64,000 nt of DNA from an uncultured delta proteobacterium (GCA_963736855.1 CAVTQK010000024.1:1-64000), one strand, 5' to 3'. Numbered from the stretch's first letter, positions 24,542 through 37,251 are shown. Translations and numbers: made by a program. The notes: generated by a model not told the origin, from the sequence alone.

Positions 24542-26391
24542 ATAGCGAATGGTTCAGGCATCGGTTGAGTCTGGGTGTTCTCTTCGTACTCGTGACCTTT
24601 GTCATTATCACGGCAAGGCTTTTTTATCTGCAGATCGTCGAGGGTGAGGCATACAGGGCGCTTTCCGAAAACAACAGCGTCCGACTGCAAATGGTGGAAC
24701 CCCAGAGAGGGTTGCTTTTTGACACCCGGGGTGAGCTTCTCGTGGACAACCGGCCTTCATTCGACGTGACAGTCATTCTCAAGGATGCCAAACCGATTCG
24801 CACCACCCTCGACAGGCTCTCTCGATACGCCGACCTGCCTCTCGATGAATTGCAATCACAGGTTGAAAATCGGAATGGACATCCGGCCTTCAAACCGCTC
24901 GTTCTAAGGTCGGATGTGGATCGAAACGTTTTGGCAGCAATCGAAGTCACCCGGTTTGACCTGCCGGGTGTCGCCATCGATGTTCAAACCCGGAGGGAAT
25001 ATGTCAACCGTTCTTCTGCCGCACATCTTTTGGGATACCTCGGGGAGGTGAATCCCGACGAACTCAAGGCGGGTAAACACCCGGATCTTCGCGCCGGGGA
25101 TCTGATCGGAAAGTGCGGCATCGAAAAAGCTTATGACTCCATCCTGAGAGGGAAACGGGGCGGACGGCAAGTGGTCGTCAATGCTTTGGGGCAGGTCATG
25201 CGGGCAATTGAACAGGTGGACGCCGTCCCGGGAAAAAACCTTTTCCTCACCATTGACCATCGATTACAGCGGCTGGCGGAAACCCTCTTGAACGATGCGG
25301 CAGGCGCGGTGGTGGCTTTGGATCCTCGAAACGGCCATGTCCTGGTATTGACCAGCAGCCCCCAGTTTGATCCGAATGCCTTTGTTTCAGGAATTTCACA
25401 CAAGAATTGGGAAGCACTGGTATCGAATCCGCAACACCCCATGGAAAATAAAGCCATACAGGGCGAATATCCGCCCGCGTCTACCTACAAGATTATCACC
25501 GCCATCGCCGGCCTGGAGGAAGGTGTGATCGATGAAAATACTACTTTTTTCTGTCCGGGCTATTATTATTTTGGGAATCGGGCATATCGGTGCTGGAAAA
25601 AGGGGGGCCACGGGCACATGAACGTGGAGAAGGCCCTGACGGAATCCTGTGACGTCTTTTTTTATCAGGTCGGCTTAAGACTGGGCGTGGACCGAATAGC
25701 CAAATGGGCCCAACGATTCGGACTCGGGTCCCCCACGGGCATTGATATAGATCAGGAAGCCTCGGGGCTTATTCCCACCGCAGCATGGAAAAAGCAGAAG
25801 ACCGGTGTCCCATGGCAAGGGGGGGAAAACCTCTCCATCGCCATCGGGCAGGGATTTGATCTGGTAACGCCTTTACAACAGGCAGTCATGATCGCCGCGG
25901 TGGCAAATGGCGGGATCCGCTATAAACCCATCCTCATTGAGGCCATCCAAAGTGCGGATGGCAAAGAGACCGCTGATTTCAAGGAAAAGGTCATGGGTCA
26001 GATCCAAATACGGAGCCATACCCTTGAAATAATCCGAAAAGCACTTTGGAATGTCGTGAACACCGAACGGGGGACGGCCTGGCGGAGTCGGGTGGAAGGG
26101 CTGGACATCTGCGGAAAAACGGGGACTGCACAGGTGATTGAAAGAAAGGAGAAAATGACTGAAAAAGAGCCTAAAAAGCGTTTGGAAAACCAGAAAGATC
26201 ACGCCTGGTTCATAGCTTACGCTCCGGCACAGGACCCCAGGATCGCTGTGGCGGTGATTGTGGAACATGGGGAACACGGATCGAGTGCGGCTGCACCCAT
26301 TGCCAAGGAGTTGATCCGATTCCATTTACAGGCGGAAGGCGGGGAGGATGCCCCGGTATTTGATCAAAAGACTTTACAGGCAATGCATTAG
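24517..26391 (+). CDS. mrdA: Penicillin-binding protein 2
   Basis: PPASTYK, SCDVFFY, GKTGTAQ. Confidence 0.95.
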   Translation: MADYLKCIDSEWFRHRLSLGVLFVLVTFVIITARLFYLQIVEGEAYRALSENNSVRLQMVEPQRGLLFDTRGELLVDNRPSFDVTVILKDAKPIRTTLDRLSRYADLPLDELQSQVENRNGHPAFKPLVLRSDVDRNVLAAIEVTRFDLPGVAIDVQTRREYVNRSSAAHLLGYLGEVNPDELKAGKHPDLRAGDLIGKCGIEKAYDSILRGKRGGRQVVVNALGQVMRAIEQVDAVPGKNLFLTIDHRLQRLAETLLNDAAGAVVALDPRNGHVLVLTSSPQFDPNAFVSGISHKNWEALVSNPQHPMENKAIQGEYPPASTYKIITAIAGLEEGVIDENTTFFCPGYYYFGNRAYRCWKKGGHGHMNVEKALTESCDVFFYQVGLRLGVDRIAKWAQRFGLGSPTGIDIDQEASGLIPTAAWKKQKTGVPWQGGENLSIAIGQGFDLVTPLQQAVMIAAVANGGIRYKPILIEAIQSADGKETADFKEKVMGQIQIRSHTLEIIRKALWNVVNTERGTAWRSRVEGLDICGKTGTAQVIERKEKMTEKEPKKRLENQKDHAWFIAYAPAQDPRIAVAVIVEHGEHGSSAAAPIAKELIRFHLQAEGGEDAPVFDQKTLQAMH

Positions 26392-26433
26392 CCCATATTT
26401 GACGGGTCGGGCGAGTGCCGCTTTGGAAAAAAT

Positions 26434-27540
26434 TTGATGTTTGATAGAAGGCTGATTGAAAATTTCAACTGGGGGTTGCTGGGGTTGGTTTTTTTCATGG
26501 GGTGTTTCGGCCTGGTGGTGTTGTACAGCTCCGACACACCTGCCGAAAACAGCTCCGGCCGAATTTTATTTTTCAAACAGCTGATCTGGTTTGGTGCCGG
26601 GGCGATGTTGATGATCGGCAGTTTTTTATTCAACTATAAACACCTGGACCGCTGGGCCCATGTGATCTATGCGTTGTGCATTATTCTTTTGATCTGTGTT
26701 CCACTCTTTGGAAGGTACGTGGGAGGAGCGCGACGATGGATCGCCCTCGGCCCTGTCTCCATCCAGCCTTCCGAGATAACCAAGATCGCGGTTATTATCA
26801 TCCTGTCCCGTTATTACTCAAGGGTCATCAGCTCGGGAGGCCTCACCTTTCGTAATCTGATTCCCCCCATGATTTATACCCTCGTGCCGTTTATCCTGAT
26901 CATCAAACAGCCGGATTTGGGGACTGCCATGCTGATCCTCATCATCGCCGGGTTTTTAACGGTTTTTGTAAAGATTGAACGGCGTACCTTCATAAGCATT
27001 CTTTCATTTGGGGCCATATGCGCTCCTCTCGTTTGGTATTTCCTAAAGGGGTATCAGAAACAGCGGATATTGAGTTTTCTGAATCCGGATCGGGACCCGC
27101 TGGGGACCGGGTACCATATCATCCAGTCCAAAATCGCCATCGGATCCGGAATGATGTTCGGCAAAGGTTTTATGAAAGGAACCCAAAACGCTCTTTCGTT
27201 TCTCCCGGAGCAGCATACGGATTTCATTTTTTCCGTCTTGGCGGAGGAATGGGGCTTCATCGGGGCTGCGGCGATGGTGTTTTTGTGTTTCATGATCGTC
27301 GTCCGGGGGCTGCATATCGCCTATGGATGCCGGGATCCCTTTGGAACGATTTTAGCCGTCGGACTCACCGCGATGCTGTTTTCACAGATCGTCATTAATA
27401 TCGCCATGGTGATGGGGCTGATGCCCGTTGTGGGAGTTCCGCTCCCCCTCATCAGCTACGGCGGATCATCGGCAGCGAGTGTAATGGTGGCTATCGGAAT
27501 TCTCATGAATATTAGTATGAGGCGGTTTATGGTGGAATGA
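26434..27540 (+). CDS. rodA: Rod shape-determining protein RodA
   Basis: QPSE, QPDLGTA, LPEQHTDFIF, PLISYGGSS. Confidence 0.95.
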   Translation: MMFDRRLIENFNWGLLGLVFFMGCFGLVVLYSSDTPAENSSGRILFFKQLIWFGAGAMLMIGSFLFNYKHLDRWAHVIYALCIILLICVPLFGRYVGGARRWIALGPVSIQPSEITKIAVIIILSRYYSRVISSGGLTFRNLIPPMIYTLVPFILIIKQPDLGTAMLILIIAGFLTVFVKIERRTFISILSFGAICAPLVWYFLKGYQKQRILSFLNPDRDPLGTGYHIIQSKIAIGSGMMFGKGFMKGTQNALSFLPEQHTDFIFSVLAEEWGFIGAAAMVFLCFMIVVRGLHIAYGCRDPFGTILAVGLTAMLFSQIVINIAMVMGLMPVVGVPLPLISYGGSSAASVMVAIGILMNISMRRFMVE

Positions 27541-27554
27541 TCGGGGTGAGAGTT

Positions 27555-27707
27555 GATGGCTTCGTAAAAAGTCCATCTGCTGCGTTGCACTGCATCCTTC
27601 GTCATTGCGGCGTACCCATATGTACGCCTCATTCCTCAGGATTTGCGCGCCTTGCATCTGAAGCTTTTTACTTTGCCATCCCAATTTTGAGTTTTTACGA
27701 TTTCATC
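27555..27707 (+). mobile_element. 153-bp MITE, copy 1, with 6-bp TSD agagtt
   Basis: TIRs GATGGCTTCGTAAAAA...TTTTTACGATTTCATC; agagtt at 27549-27554 and 27708-27713; near-identical inverted copy at 56823-56975. Confidence 0.9.
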
Positions 27708-27895
27708 AGAGTTGAAACAGACGGAATGGCCCGTAAAAACGGAAAGATGCAGAGCTGAACGATAGGAAATAAAAAAAAATGAAAAAACCTTTGACAACGA
27801 TTCTGCTTGGATGCTATAGACCGCCCGAGCCAAGAACTGCCGGCTTCCATGCTTTCATTTTTGAAACTGAAATAAGCTGAAATGGAGGCGTTTCT

Positions 27896-28324
27896 ATGAT
27901 TAATATTAATAGTTCCGTTTTTATCCAGATCATCAATTTCCTTTTTCTCATCTGGGCTCTCAACACTGTTTTATACAAACCTATCCGTAATATTCTCCGG
28001 AAGCGCAAAGAGAAGATCGATGGCCTTCAGCAAAATATAGAGGCCTTCGAAAAAGACGCCCGGGAAAAGGATGCAGCTTTTTCTTCAGGTATCAAAGAGG
28101 CGAGAACTACAGGACTGAAAGAAAAAGAAGTTTTGCTGGACAAGGCCGCGGCCACAGAAAAAGAAATCATCGGGCGGATCAATCAAAAAGCCAGGGAAGA
28201 GTTGACGACTCTTCGCGAGAAAATTACTCGCGATGCCCAGGCAGTCAGATCATCTCTGGAGAAGGAAGTGGGCCAATATGCCGAGGCAATAGCACAAAAA
28301 GTACTGGGGAGGGCGGTCCGATGA
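27896..28324 (+). CDS. ATP synthase F0 subunit b'
   Basis: FIQIINFLFLIWALNTVLYKPI; first of two b-type genes. Confidence 0.9.
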   Translation: MININSSVFIQIINFLFLIWALNTVLYKPIRNILRKRKEKIDGLQQNIEAFEKDAREKDAAFSSGIKEARTTGLKEKEVLLDKAAATEKEIIGRINQKAREELTTLREKITRDAQAVRSSLEKEVGQYAEAIAQKVLGRAVR

Positions 28325-28941
28325 ACCTTTTAAAAGACTCGTCTCGACGAAAAAGAAGCGTCGTGTGGGCCAGGGTGATGGGTGTCTGTTTTCTGATTTT
28401 GCTCACCAGTGGGACCGTTTTTGCCTCATCCGACGGAGGACATGGGGAAGAAGGCGCTCCCAAGGGTTGGGTGGCCACCGACACCTATCGGGTCATGAAT
28501 TTTGCGGTTTTGGCCATCGGCCTTTTCTTTATATTGCGTAAGCCGTTTTCACAGGCATTGAATAATCGGGTCAAGGGAATCCAGGATCAGCTTAAGGAAC
28601 TCGAAGAAAAGAAAAAGGCCGCTGAGCAGGCAATTACCCAATATGACGAGAAACTGGCCCGGTTGGACAAAGAAGCCGGAGAGATCATCGAACAGTACAA
28701 ACGTCAAGGGGAGGAATCCAAGGAAAGAATCCTCAAAGAGGCAGAAGCGGCTGCTGAGAGACTTCAGGAGCAGGCCCGGCGAAACATGGAGTTTGAGATG
28801 AAGGAGGCGTCTGCTAGGCTGCAAGCCGAGATTCTGGAAAAGGCTTTGACCAAAGCGGAGTCTATGATTCAAAGCAAGATCTTGCCCGAAGACCAGGATC
28901 GATTGATCGATGAATATTTAATTAAGGTGGAGGCAAAGTGA
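28321..28941 (+). CDS. atpF: ATP synthase F0 subunit b
   Basis: YRVMNFAVLAIGLFFILRKP...DQDRLIDEYL. Confidence 0.9.
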   Translation: MNLLKDSSRRKRSVVWARVMGVCFLILLTSGTVFASSDGGHGEEGAPKGWVATDTYRVMNFAVLAIGLFFILRKPFSQALNNRVKGIQDQLKELEEKKKAAEQAITQYDEKLARLDKEAGEIIEQYKRQGEESKERILKEAEAAAERLQEQARRNMEFEMKEASARLQAEILEKALTKAESMIQSKILPEDQDRLIDEYLIKVEAK

Positions 28942-29489
28942 AGAATCTGGCCATAGCACGGCGTTATGCCAAGGCACTGCTTCTGATCGGAAAAGAGGAC
29001 GGCAAGGCGGAAATATACCGTGAGGAACTGGAAAAGATCGCCAATATCATCGAAACCGAAAAAGGACTGGAAAGAGCCATCACCAACCCATTGTATGATG
29101 CAGCAGGGCGGAGGAAAGTTCTTGGAGCGATCATCGAAAGGTTGGGGTTTTCAAAGATGATGGCATCGTTTCTCCTGTTCTTGTTCGACAAGAGAAGATT
29201 CGGATTTTTGGCCCATATCAATACATTTTACCAGAAAATGGCGGATGAAATCAAAGGGGTTGCACGGGCAAAAGTGGTATCCGCAGTCGCCCTGACCGAT
29301 AATGCCGAGAAAAAGATCCGGGCCACCTTATCTAAAATGACCGGGAAAACCGTGGTTTTGGAAAGCGAGGTGGATCCGTCACTGATCGGTGGTGTTATCA
29401 CGAGGGTAGGTGACCTGGTTTTGGATGGGAGTATAAGGACACAGTTGTTCAATATGAGAGAAACTTTAAAAAAAGGTGAGAGGGTCTGA
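28938..29489 (+). CDS. atpH: ATP synthase delta subunit
   Basis: [26 protein letters not shown]. Confidence 0.95.
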   Translation: MKNLAIARRYAKALLLIGKEDGKAEIYREELEKIANIIETEKGLERAITNPLYDAAGRRKVLGAIIERLGFSKMMASFLLFLFDKRRFGFLAHINTFYQKMADEIKGVARAKVVSAVALTDNAEKKIRATLSKMTGKTVVLESEVDPSLIGGVITRVGDLVLDGSIRTQLFNMRETLKKGERV

Positions 29490-31006
29490 TGGAATTACGA
29501 GCCGAAGAAATTAGTCAGATCATTAAAGAACAGATTACGGATTTCGACAAAAAGGTGGAGTTGAGCGAAACCGGAACTGTTCTGTCGGTGGGCGATGGGA
29601 TTGCCAGGGTCTACGGCCTCGAGAAGGTCATGGCCCTGGAGCTGGTTGAGTTTCCGGGCGGCGTCCTGGGGCTGGTGCTCAACCTTGAAGAGGACAACGT
29701 GGGCGTGGCCATCATGGGAGAGGATATCCACATCAAGGAAGGGGATATCGTCAAGCGGACAGGCCGCATCGCACAGGTTCCGGTGGGCGAAGCTGTCCTG
29801 GGCCGCGTGGTCTCAGCCGTGGGTGAACCCATAGACGGCAAAGGACCCATAGATGCCAAAGAGACTCGGCGTGTGGAAATGGTGGCGCCGGGTGTCATCG
29901 CCCGAAAGAGTGTTCATGAGCCGTGCTACACCGGACTGAAGGCCATCGATGCCATGACGCCCGTGGGGAGAGGACAGCGCGAATTGATCATCGGGGACCG
30001 TCAGATCGGGAAGACTGCTATAGCCGTCGATGCAATCCTGGCCCAGAAGGATACGGACGTATACTGTATCTATGTAGCGTGCGGACAGAAGAAATCCACG
30101 GTGGCCCAGGTGCATGCGATTCTGGAGAAACACGGCGCTATGGAATATACCACCATCGTAGCCGCATGTGCCAGCGACCCGGCAACACTTCAGTATGTCG
30201 CACCTTACGCGGGATGCGCCATGGGAGAATATTTCCGCGACAAGGGACAGCACGCCCTCATCGTATATGACGATCTTTCCAAACAGGCTGCCAGCTATCG
30301 CCAGGTATCACTGCTCCTGCGGCGCCCACCGGGACGCGAGGCCTACCCGGGCGACATTTTTTATAACCATTCCCGGTTGCTGGAACGCGCCGCCAAACTC
30401 AACGACGAGCTGGGTGCGGGATCTCTGACCGCACTGCCCATCATCGAAACTCAGGCCGGTGACGTTTCCGCCTACATCCCGACCAACGTGATCTCCATTA
30501 CGGACGGACAGATTTATCTGGAGCCCGCGCTTTTCTTTGCCGGCGTGCGACCGGCCATCAACGTGGGACTTTCCGTATCCCGCGTGGGCGGGAGTGCCCA
30601 GGTCAAGGCCATGAAGCAGGTGGCAGGGACCTTGCGCCTCGACTTGGCCCAGTACCGCGAACTGGAAGCGTTCGCCGCTTTCGGTAGCGACCTGGATAAG
30701 GCTACCCAGCGGCAGCTGACCCGAGGTCAACGACTGGTTGAAGTGCTCAAGCAACCTCAATATCAGCCATTGTCTATGGAAAAACAGGTGACGATTCTAT
30801 ACGCCGGGACCCGTGGGTTTCTGGACGAATTGCCGGTAACCGTTTTGGCAAAATATGAAGCCGGCCTATACAAATTCATCGAGGAACGTTTTCCCCAGGT
30901 CTTCAAGGATCTCAAGGAGAAAAAAGTGATTACCGAAGACCTCGATGCTCTCATGAAAAAAGCCTTGACGGAGTACGGCGAGGAATTCAAAGACACCATC
31001 AAATAG
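29489..31006 (+). CDS. atpA: ATP synthase alpha subunit
   Basis: [29 protein letters not shown]. Confidence 0.97.
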   Translation: MELRAEEISQIIKEQITDFDKKVELSETGTVLSVGDGIARVYGLEKVMALELVEFPGGVLGLVLNLEEDNVGVAIMGEDIHIKEGDIVKRTGRIAQVPVGEAVLGRVVSAVGEPIDGKGPIDAKETRRVEMVAPGVIARKSVHEPCYTGLKAIDAMTPVGRGQRELIIGDRQIGKTAIAVDAILAQKDTDVYCIYVACGQKKSTVAQVHAILEKHGAMEYTTIVAACASDPATLQYVAPYAGCAMGEYFRDKGQHALIVYDDLSKQAASYRQVSLLLRRPPGREAYPGDIFYNHSRLLERAAKLNDELGAGSLTALPIIETQAGDVSAYIPTNVISITDGQIYLEPALFFAGVRPAINVGLSVSRVGGSAQVKAMKQVAGTLRLDLAQYRELEAFAAFGSDLDKATQRQLTRGQRLVEVLKQPQYQPLSMEKQVTILYAGTRGFLDELPVTVLAKYEAGLYKFIEERFPQVFKDLKEKKVITEDLDALMKKALTEYGEEFKDTIK

Positions 31007-31098
31007 ACGGGGTCCCGATCAAAGGCCTTCAGATGAGTTGTTAACAAAAGCTGGCCGATAATCAATCTGCAATGGGCAACAGATAGGACCGAATTCTT

Positions 31099-31995
31099 AT
31101 GGCAACGCTAAAAGAAGTCAAAAACAAGATCTCAGCGGTGAAGAAAACCCGACAGATCACCAAGGCCATGAATATGGTCGCCGCGTCGAGATTGCGCGGC
31201 GCTCAGAGCGCCATGGTAGCTTTCCGCCCGTATGCGAGCAAGTTCGCCGAAGTCTTGGGCAGCCTCGCAGGAAGGGCCGGAGAAGATATCAGCAGCCCCT
31301 TGATCGTTCCTCGTGAAGAGGTAAAGAAAGTCCATATCGTCCTGTGTACATCGGACCGGGGGCTCTGCGGCGGTTTCAATACCAACCTGGTCAACAAAGC
31401 CGGTGCCTTTGTCAAGGAGCGAGCCGGGAAGAATATCGAGGTGTCGTTTACTAATTTCGGGAAAAAGGGACGCAACTGGTGCCGGAAGATGAAATTTCCC
31501 ATGGTCAAAGAATATTTGGGAATCGTGGGCAGTCGGTTCGGCTTTAATGTGGCGAACACATCGGGTCGTGAGGTTATCGATGGTTTTCTCAGGGGTGATT
31601 ATGATGAAGTTTACCTCATTTATGCTGAATTTGTGAGCATGGCCCGTCAGATCCCGAGACTCAAGCAGCTGCTTCCGATTCCTCCTCTTCAGGCAGAGGA
31701 AAAGAGTACGGAGACCGCCGGGACGGGCTACCTGGCCGAACATATCTGTGAGCCTACTTGTAAAGAAGTTTTGGGGGATATGCTTCCCCGGAGCATCTTT
31801 GTGCAATTGTACAGTGCTCTTCTGGAGACGTCGACCAGTGAACATGCCGCGCGCATGGCCGCCATGGACAATGCGACCAAGGCCTGTAACGACATGATCG
31901 GCAGCCTGACGTTGGCTTACAACAAAGCGAGGCAGGCTGCGATTACGGCGGAGTTGATGGATATCGTCGGTGGTGCCGAGGCCCTCAGAGGGTAA
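31099..31995 (+). CDS. atpG: ATP synthase gamma subunit
   Basis: ITKAMNMVAA, DRGLCGGFN, YNKARQAAITAEL. Confidence 0.97.
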   Translation: MATLKEVKNKISAVKKTRQITKAMNMVAASRLRGAQSAMVAFRPYASKFAEVLGSLAGRAGEDISSPLIVPREEVKKVHIVLCTSDRGLCGGFNTNLVNKAGAFVKERAGKNIEVSFTNFGKKGRNWCRKMKFPMVKEYLGIVGSRFGFNVANTSGREVIDGFLRGDYDEVYLIYAEFVSMARQIPRLKQLLPIPPLQAEEKSTETAGTGYLAEHICEPTCKEVLGDMLPRSIFVQLYSALLETSTSEHAARMAAMDNATKACNDMIGSLTLAYNKARQAAITAELMDIVGGAEALRG

Positions 31996-32004
31996 CGCCG
32001 ATAA

Positions 32005-33459
<1,455 letters not shown>

Positions 33460-33473
33460 CGCGAGGCAAACCG

Positions 33474-33896
33474 ATGGCGGAAAAGACGATTAGACTACAA
33501 GTGGTCACCCCTGAAAAGATCGTGGTAGATGAGGACGTGAGGATCGTCATGGCCCCCGGGACATTGGGGGAATTCGGCGTACTTTCCGGACACACCCCCT
33601 TTTTGACGATGCTGAAAATCGGAGCGCTGCATTTTTACGATTCCACTGGGGCGGAACGGTTTGTGTTCGTGAGCGGCGGCTTTGCGGAAGCACTCCCTGA
33701 CAAAGTGACGGTTTTAGCGGAATCGGCGGAACGGAGGCGGGATATCGATATCGAACGGGCAAAGCGCGCCCTCGAACGCGCCCAGCAGCGCTTAGCCGAA
33801 GAAGGGAAACAGCAAGATGTCGATTTTAATAGGGCTCGGGTAGCCCTTGAGCGGGCCTTACATCGAATGAAAATGGCCTCGACTAAGAGTATATGA
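33474..33896 (+). CDS. atpC: ATP synthase epsilon subunit
   Basis: LQVVTPEK, GEFGVLSGHTP, VSGGFAE. Confidence 0.95.
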   Translation: MAEKTIRLQVVTPEKIVVDEDVRIVMAPGTLGEFGVLSGHTPFLTMLKIGALHFYDSTGAERFVFVSGGFAEALPDKVTVLAESAERRRDIDIERAKRALERAQQRLAEEGKQQDVDFNRARVALERALHRMKMASTKSI

Positions 33897-33955
33897 TCGA
33901 GATGGGATTTCCGGATATCTGAGAATCCTGCCGAAATCCAACAGGAAAACCTCCA

Positions 33956-33991
33956 AGGGGTAGACCGCAAAACCGGTTTACCCCTTTTTTA
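33956..33991 (+). terminator. Intrinsic terminator of the atp operon
   Basis: aaggggtagaccg...cggtttacccct followed by a T run. Confidence 0.65.
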
Positions 33992-34009
33992 TAGGTACTT
34001 TTTTGTACT

Positions 34010-34807
34010 ATGGTGGAAAAGAACCAAAAACAGGAATCGAAAGACTCTCCAAGAATCACTGCGGTCATCCTGGCGGCCGGCTTGGGTAAAAGGATGAAAT
34101 CCAACAAGGCCAAGGTATTGCACGAGATTCTGGGGGTTCCGATGGTGATGCATGTGATTCATGCCGCCCAGGCGATTGCTGGAGAGAACGTGATTTGTGT
34201 CATTGGAAATCAGGCCGAAGAAGTCAAAAAAACGATTTCCGCCAGGGCACAGATTTTTTTCGTATTGCAGGAACGTCAGTTGGGAACAGGACATGCCGTG
34301 CTTTCGGCTATACCCCATCTTCCTAGAGAAACGGAAGAGGTGATGATCCTTTCCGGAGATGTACCGCTGTTGTCCGTGGCGACTTTAAGAATCTTGGTTG
34401 AAGATCATAGGACCTTTGACCGGGATCTCACGATTCTCGGGGCAAGATTGGAGAATCCGACAGGCTACGGTCGGATTCTTTACGATGCCGATCGCAATGT
34501 TACCGCAATTGTGGAAGAAGCGGATGCTCAAGATGATCAAAAGCGGATCAATGTCATCAACGCCGGCACCTATTGTGTCAAGCGTATTTTCTTGGCCGAT
34601 GCCCTGAAACAACTACGGCCTGACAATGCTCAAGGCGAGTTTTATCTGACCGATATCATCGGTATCGGTTATCGAGCTAAGAAAAAGATCGGTGTGGTCG
34701 TCGGGGATAACCCTACGGAAGTGCTGGGGGTTAACACCCGGGAGGACTTGGATCAGGTCGAGGCGATCATGAAGGCAAGCAATAGGAAATCTGTTGACTT
34801 CATGTGA
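34010..34807 (+). CDS. GlmU-type GlcNAc-1-P uridylyltransferase domain only (no C-terminal acetyltransferase)
   Basis: ILAAGLGKRMKS..KVLH, QLGTGHA, GDVPL, PTGYGRI, NAQGEFYLTD, GVN; ends at 265 aa. Confidence 0.85.
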   Translation: MVEKNQKQESKDSPRITAVILAAGLGKRMKSNKAKVLHEILGVPMVMHVIHAAQAIAGENVICVIGNQAEEVKKTISARAQIFFVLQERQLGTGHAVLSAIPHLPRETEEVMILSGDVPLLSVATLRILVEDHRTFDRDLTILGARLENPTGYGRILYDADRNVTAIVEEADAQDDQKRINVINAGTYCVKRIFLADALKQLRPDNAQGEFYLTDIIGIGYRAKKKIGVVVGDNPTEVLGVNTREDLDQVEAIMKASNRKSVDFM

Positions 34808-34841
34808 AAAAAACGGATATAAGACCAAATGAGGTGAAATA

Positions 34842-35087
34842 TTGGAAACCAATAGCATTACATCCCAGTTTGATGAGGTTGAAAAAAGGGTCGAACGGTT
34901 GATGACGGCCCTGAAGGCACTTGAGGAGGCCAATTTAAAACTTAAAAATAAAAACAGGCAATTAGAGGAGGAACTTCAAGTTAAAGTGGACGCCGAGACC
35001 CGGTATCAGCAGGAAAGGGAGTCGATACGGGGAAAAGTTAACGGCTTGCTGATGAAACTCGAAAACATTTCAGAAGCTTCGCTGTAG
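34842..35087 (+). CDS. zapB: Cell division protein ZapB-like coiled coil
   Basis: Short coiled coil upstream of zapA. Confidence 0.65.
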   Translation: METNSITSQFDEVEKRVERLMTALKALEEANLKLKNKNRQLEEELQVKVDAETRYQQERESIRGKVNGLLMKLENISEASL

Positions 35088-35122
35088 CTTGGAGCAAAAG
35101 GAAAGGTCGGATACTACGTATT

Positions 35123-35455
35123 GTGGAACAGCTTGTAAAAATAGAGATTTTTGGTCAAACGTATACTTTCAAATCCGAGTCTGAGGCGGCGCATGCTCAG
35201 GAAGTAGTCGATTATTTGGTCAAGGAAGTGACCCGGGTCGAAGACCAACTCAAAGACCAAACCGCGCATATATCCAAATTGGCGATTTTACTTCTCGCCA
35301 CCCTGAATATTGTCAATGAGTACTTTGAGTGCAAGAGAAAATTCACACTCCTTCGGGAAAACATCTCGAATCGTTCGGACCAACTCATCCAGCTCATCGA
35401 CCGGAATGCCCCATCCAACGATTTTGCGATATTTCAAACCGGAACGGAGTCATAA
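35123..35455 (+). CDS. zapA: Cell division protein ZapA
   Basis: VKIEIFGQTY...LAILLLATLNI; synteny with rny. Confidence 0.85.
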   Translation: MEQLVKIEIFGQTYTFKSESEAAHAQEVVDYLVKEVTRVEDQLKDQTAHISKLAILLLATLNIVNEYFECKRKFTLLRENISNRSDQLIQLIDRNAPSNDFAIFQTGTES

Positions 35456-35677
35456 GTCACTTCCATTCAACCATCCGATCCTTTTCTCTCCCGGTTTTAC
35501 CGGCCACGGATAGACCTCCGCACAGCCTTTTTCCGTTGCGTTTAGCCTAGTTTCGGGAAAAGAGGTGAAGGATACTATCCCCCCTCCAGCCGACAGCGCT
35601 TCAATGAGATTCCTCTGTGCGTACGGAGCGGAATATCTTCATCTCCACTCACGCGCTTTGGATCCAAGAGAGGAAAA

Positions 35678-37240
35678 ATGAACGGAATCTATATTATTAT
35701 AGGGGTTATGGCCTTCGGTGCAGGCTTTACTTTTGCTTATTTTTTAAGGGGCAAGCTGCTCGCCGAAAAAGAAAAAGTTGCCAGAGAAGAAGCTAAAAAG
35801 ACCGTTGATGAGGCCAAACAAAAAGCCGATGCTCTGATCAAAGAGGTCAAGATCGAGGCCAAAGACAGGCTACTCAAGGTTAAATCTGACTTTGAAACCG
35901 AGACTAAAGATATTCGGTCCGAACTGAAGAACAAGGAACTCCGGCTCATCCAGAAGGAAGAAATCATCGATACAAAAATGGAGCAGCTCGATCGGCGGGA
36001 CCAGCAGATCCTCCAAAAGGAAAAGGTCTTGCTTCAAAAGGAAGAAACCCTCACCGAAAGCGAACAGCGTTGCCGATCCCTCATCGAGGAACAGCAGCAC
36101 CAGCTTGAAAATATTTCAGGTCTGACTGCGGAACAGGCCAAAGAGCTTTTGATCCGGGCGATGGAAAATGAAGCACGTTATGAGGGGGCCAAGCTCATCA
36201 AGCGCATTGAAACGGAAACCAAAGAAGAGGCGGACAAAAAGGCTAAAAAGATTATTGCCACAGCTATTCAACGGTATGCCGGCGACTATGTGGCTGAGCG
36301 GACCGTTTCCGTGGTTCAACTACCCAGTGACGAGATGAAGGGACGGATCATTGGCCGAGAGGGAAGAAATATCCGCGCCCTTGAAGCCGCCACGGGTATC
36401 GACCTAATCATCGACGATACGCCTGAGGCCGTGATCCTGTCCGGGTTCAATCCGGTTCGACGGGAAGTTGCCCGATTATCGCTGATGCGGCTCATTGCGG
36501 ATGGAAGAATTCACCCGGCGCGCATCGAGGATGTAGTGAAAAAGGTGGGGCAGGAGGTGGATCAGACCATAAAGGAGGCTGGGGAACAGGCGGCCTTCGA
36601 TCTCGGGATCCACGGCATTCACAAGGATCTGATTAAGTATATCGGAATGCTTAAGTTCAGGACCAGCTATTCCCAGAATGTTCTGCAGCACTCTATCGAA
36701 GTGGGCTTTCTCACCGGCATCATGGCGGTAGAGCTTGGATTGAACCAGAAACTGGCCAAACGAATGGGTCTGCTGCATGATATCGGAAAGGCCATCGACC
36801 ACGAGGTTGAGGGTCCCCATGCGCTGATTGGATCCAAGTTGGCGAAAAAGTTCGGTGAGGCGCCCAAGGTGATCCATGCCATTGCGGCCCATCATGAAGA
36901 CGTTCCCCCCAACAGCGTCTACGCCGTCCTGGTACAGGCAGCGGACGGGCTTTCGGGAGCAAGGCCCGGTGCGAGAAAAGAGTTGCTTGAAAACTATATC
37001 AAGCGCATTGAAGATCTTGAGGCCATCGCCAACGCCTTTCCGGGGGTTTCCGGTTCTTATGCCATCCAGGCGGGAAGGGAACTGAGGATCATCGCCAAGA
37101 GCGAGACACTTTCCGATGAGGATGTGGTTCTTTTGTGCCGGGATGTGGTGAAAAAGATCGAGGAGTCCCTTTCGTTTCCGGGGCAGATCAAGGTAACGGT
37201 CATCCGGGAGACTCGAGCCGTGGAATTTGCCAATAAATAG
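35678..37240 (+). CDS. rny: Ribonuclease Y
   Basis: TM + coiled coil, KH motif [16 protein letters not shown] motif LLHDIGK. Confidence 0.96.
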   Translation: MNGIYIIIGVMAFGAGFTFAYFLRGKLLAEKEKVAREEAKKTVDEAKQKADALIKEVKIEAKDRLLKVKSDFETETKDIRSELKNKELRLIQKEEIIDTKMEQLDRRDQQILQKEKVLLQKEETLTESEQRCRSLIEEQQHQLENISGLTAEQAKELLIRAMENEARYEGAKLIKRIETETKEEADKKAKKIIATAIQRYAGDYVAERTVSVVQLPSDEMKGRIIGREGRNIRALEAATGIDLIIDDTPEAVILSGFNPVRREVARLSLMRLIADGRIHPARIEDVVKKVGQEVDQTIKEAGEQAAFDLGIHGIHKDLIKYIGMLKFRTSYSQNVLQHSIEVGFLTGIMAVELGLNQKLAKRMGLLHDIGKAIDHEVEGPHALIGSKLAKKFGEAPKVIHAIAAHHEDVPPNSVYAVLVQAADGLSGARPGARKELLENYIKRIEDLEAIANAFPGVSGSYAIQAGRELRIIAKSETLSDEDVVLLCRDVVKKIEESLSFPGQIKVTVIRETRAVEFANK

Positions 37241-37251
37241 AAGGAGATGTC

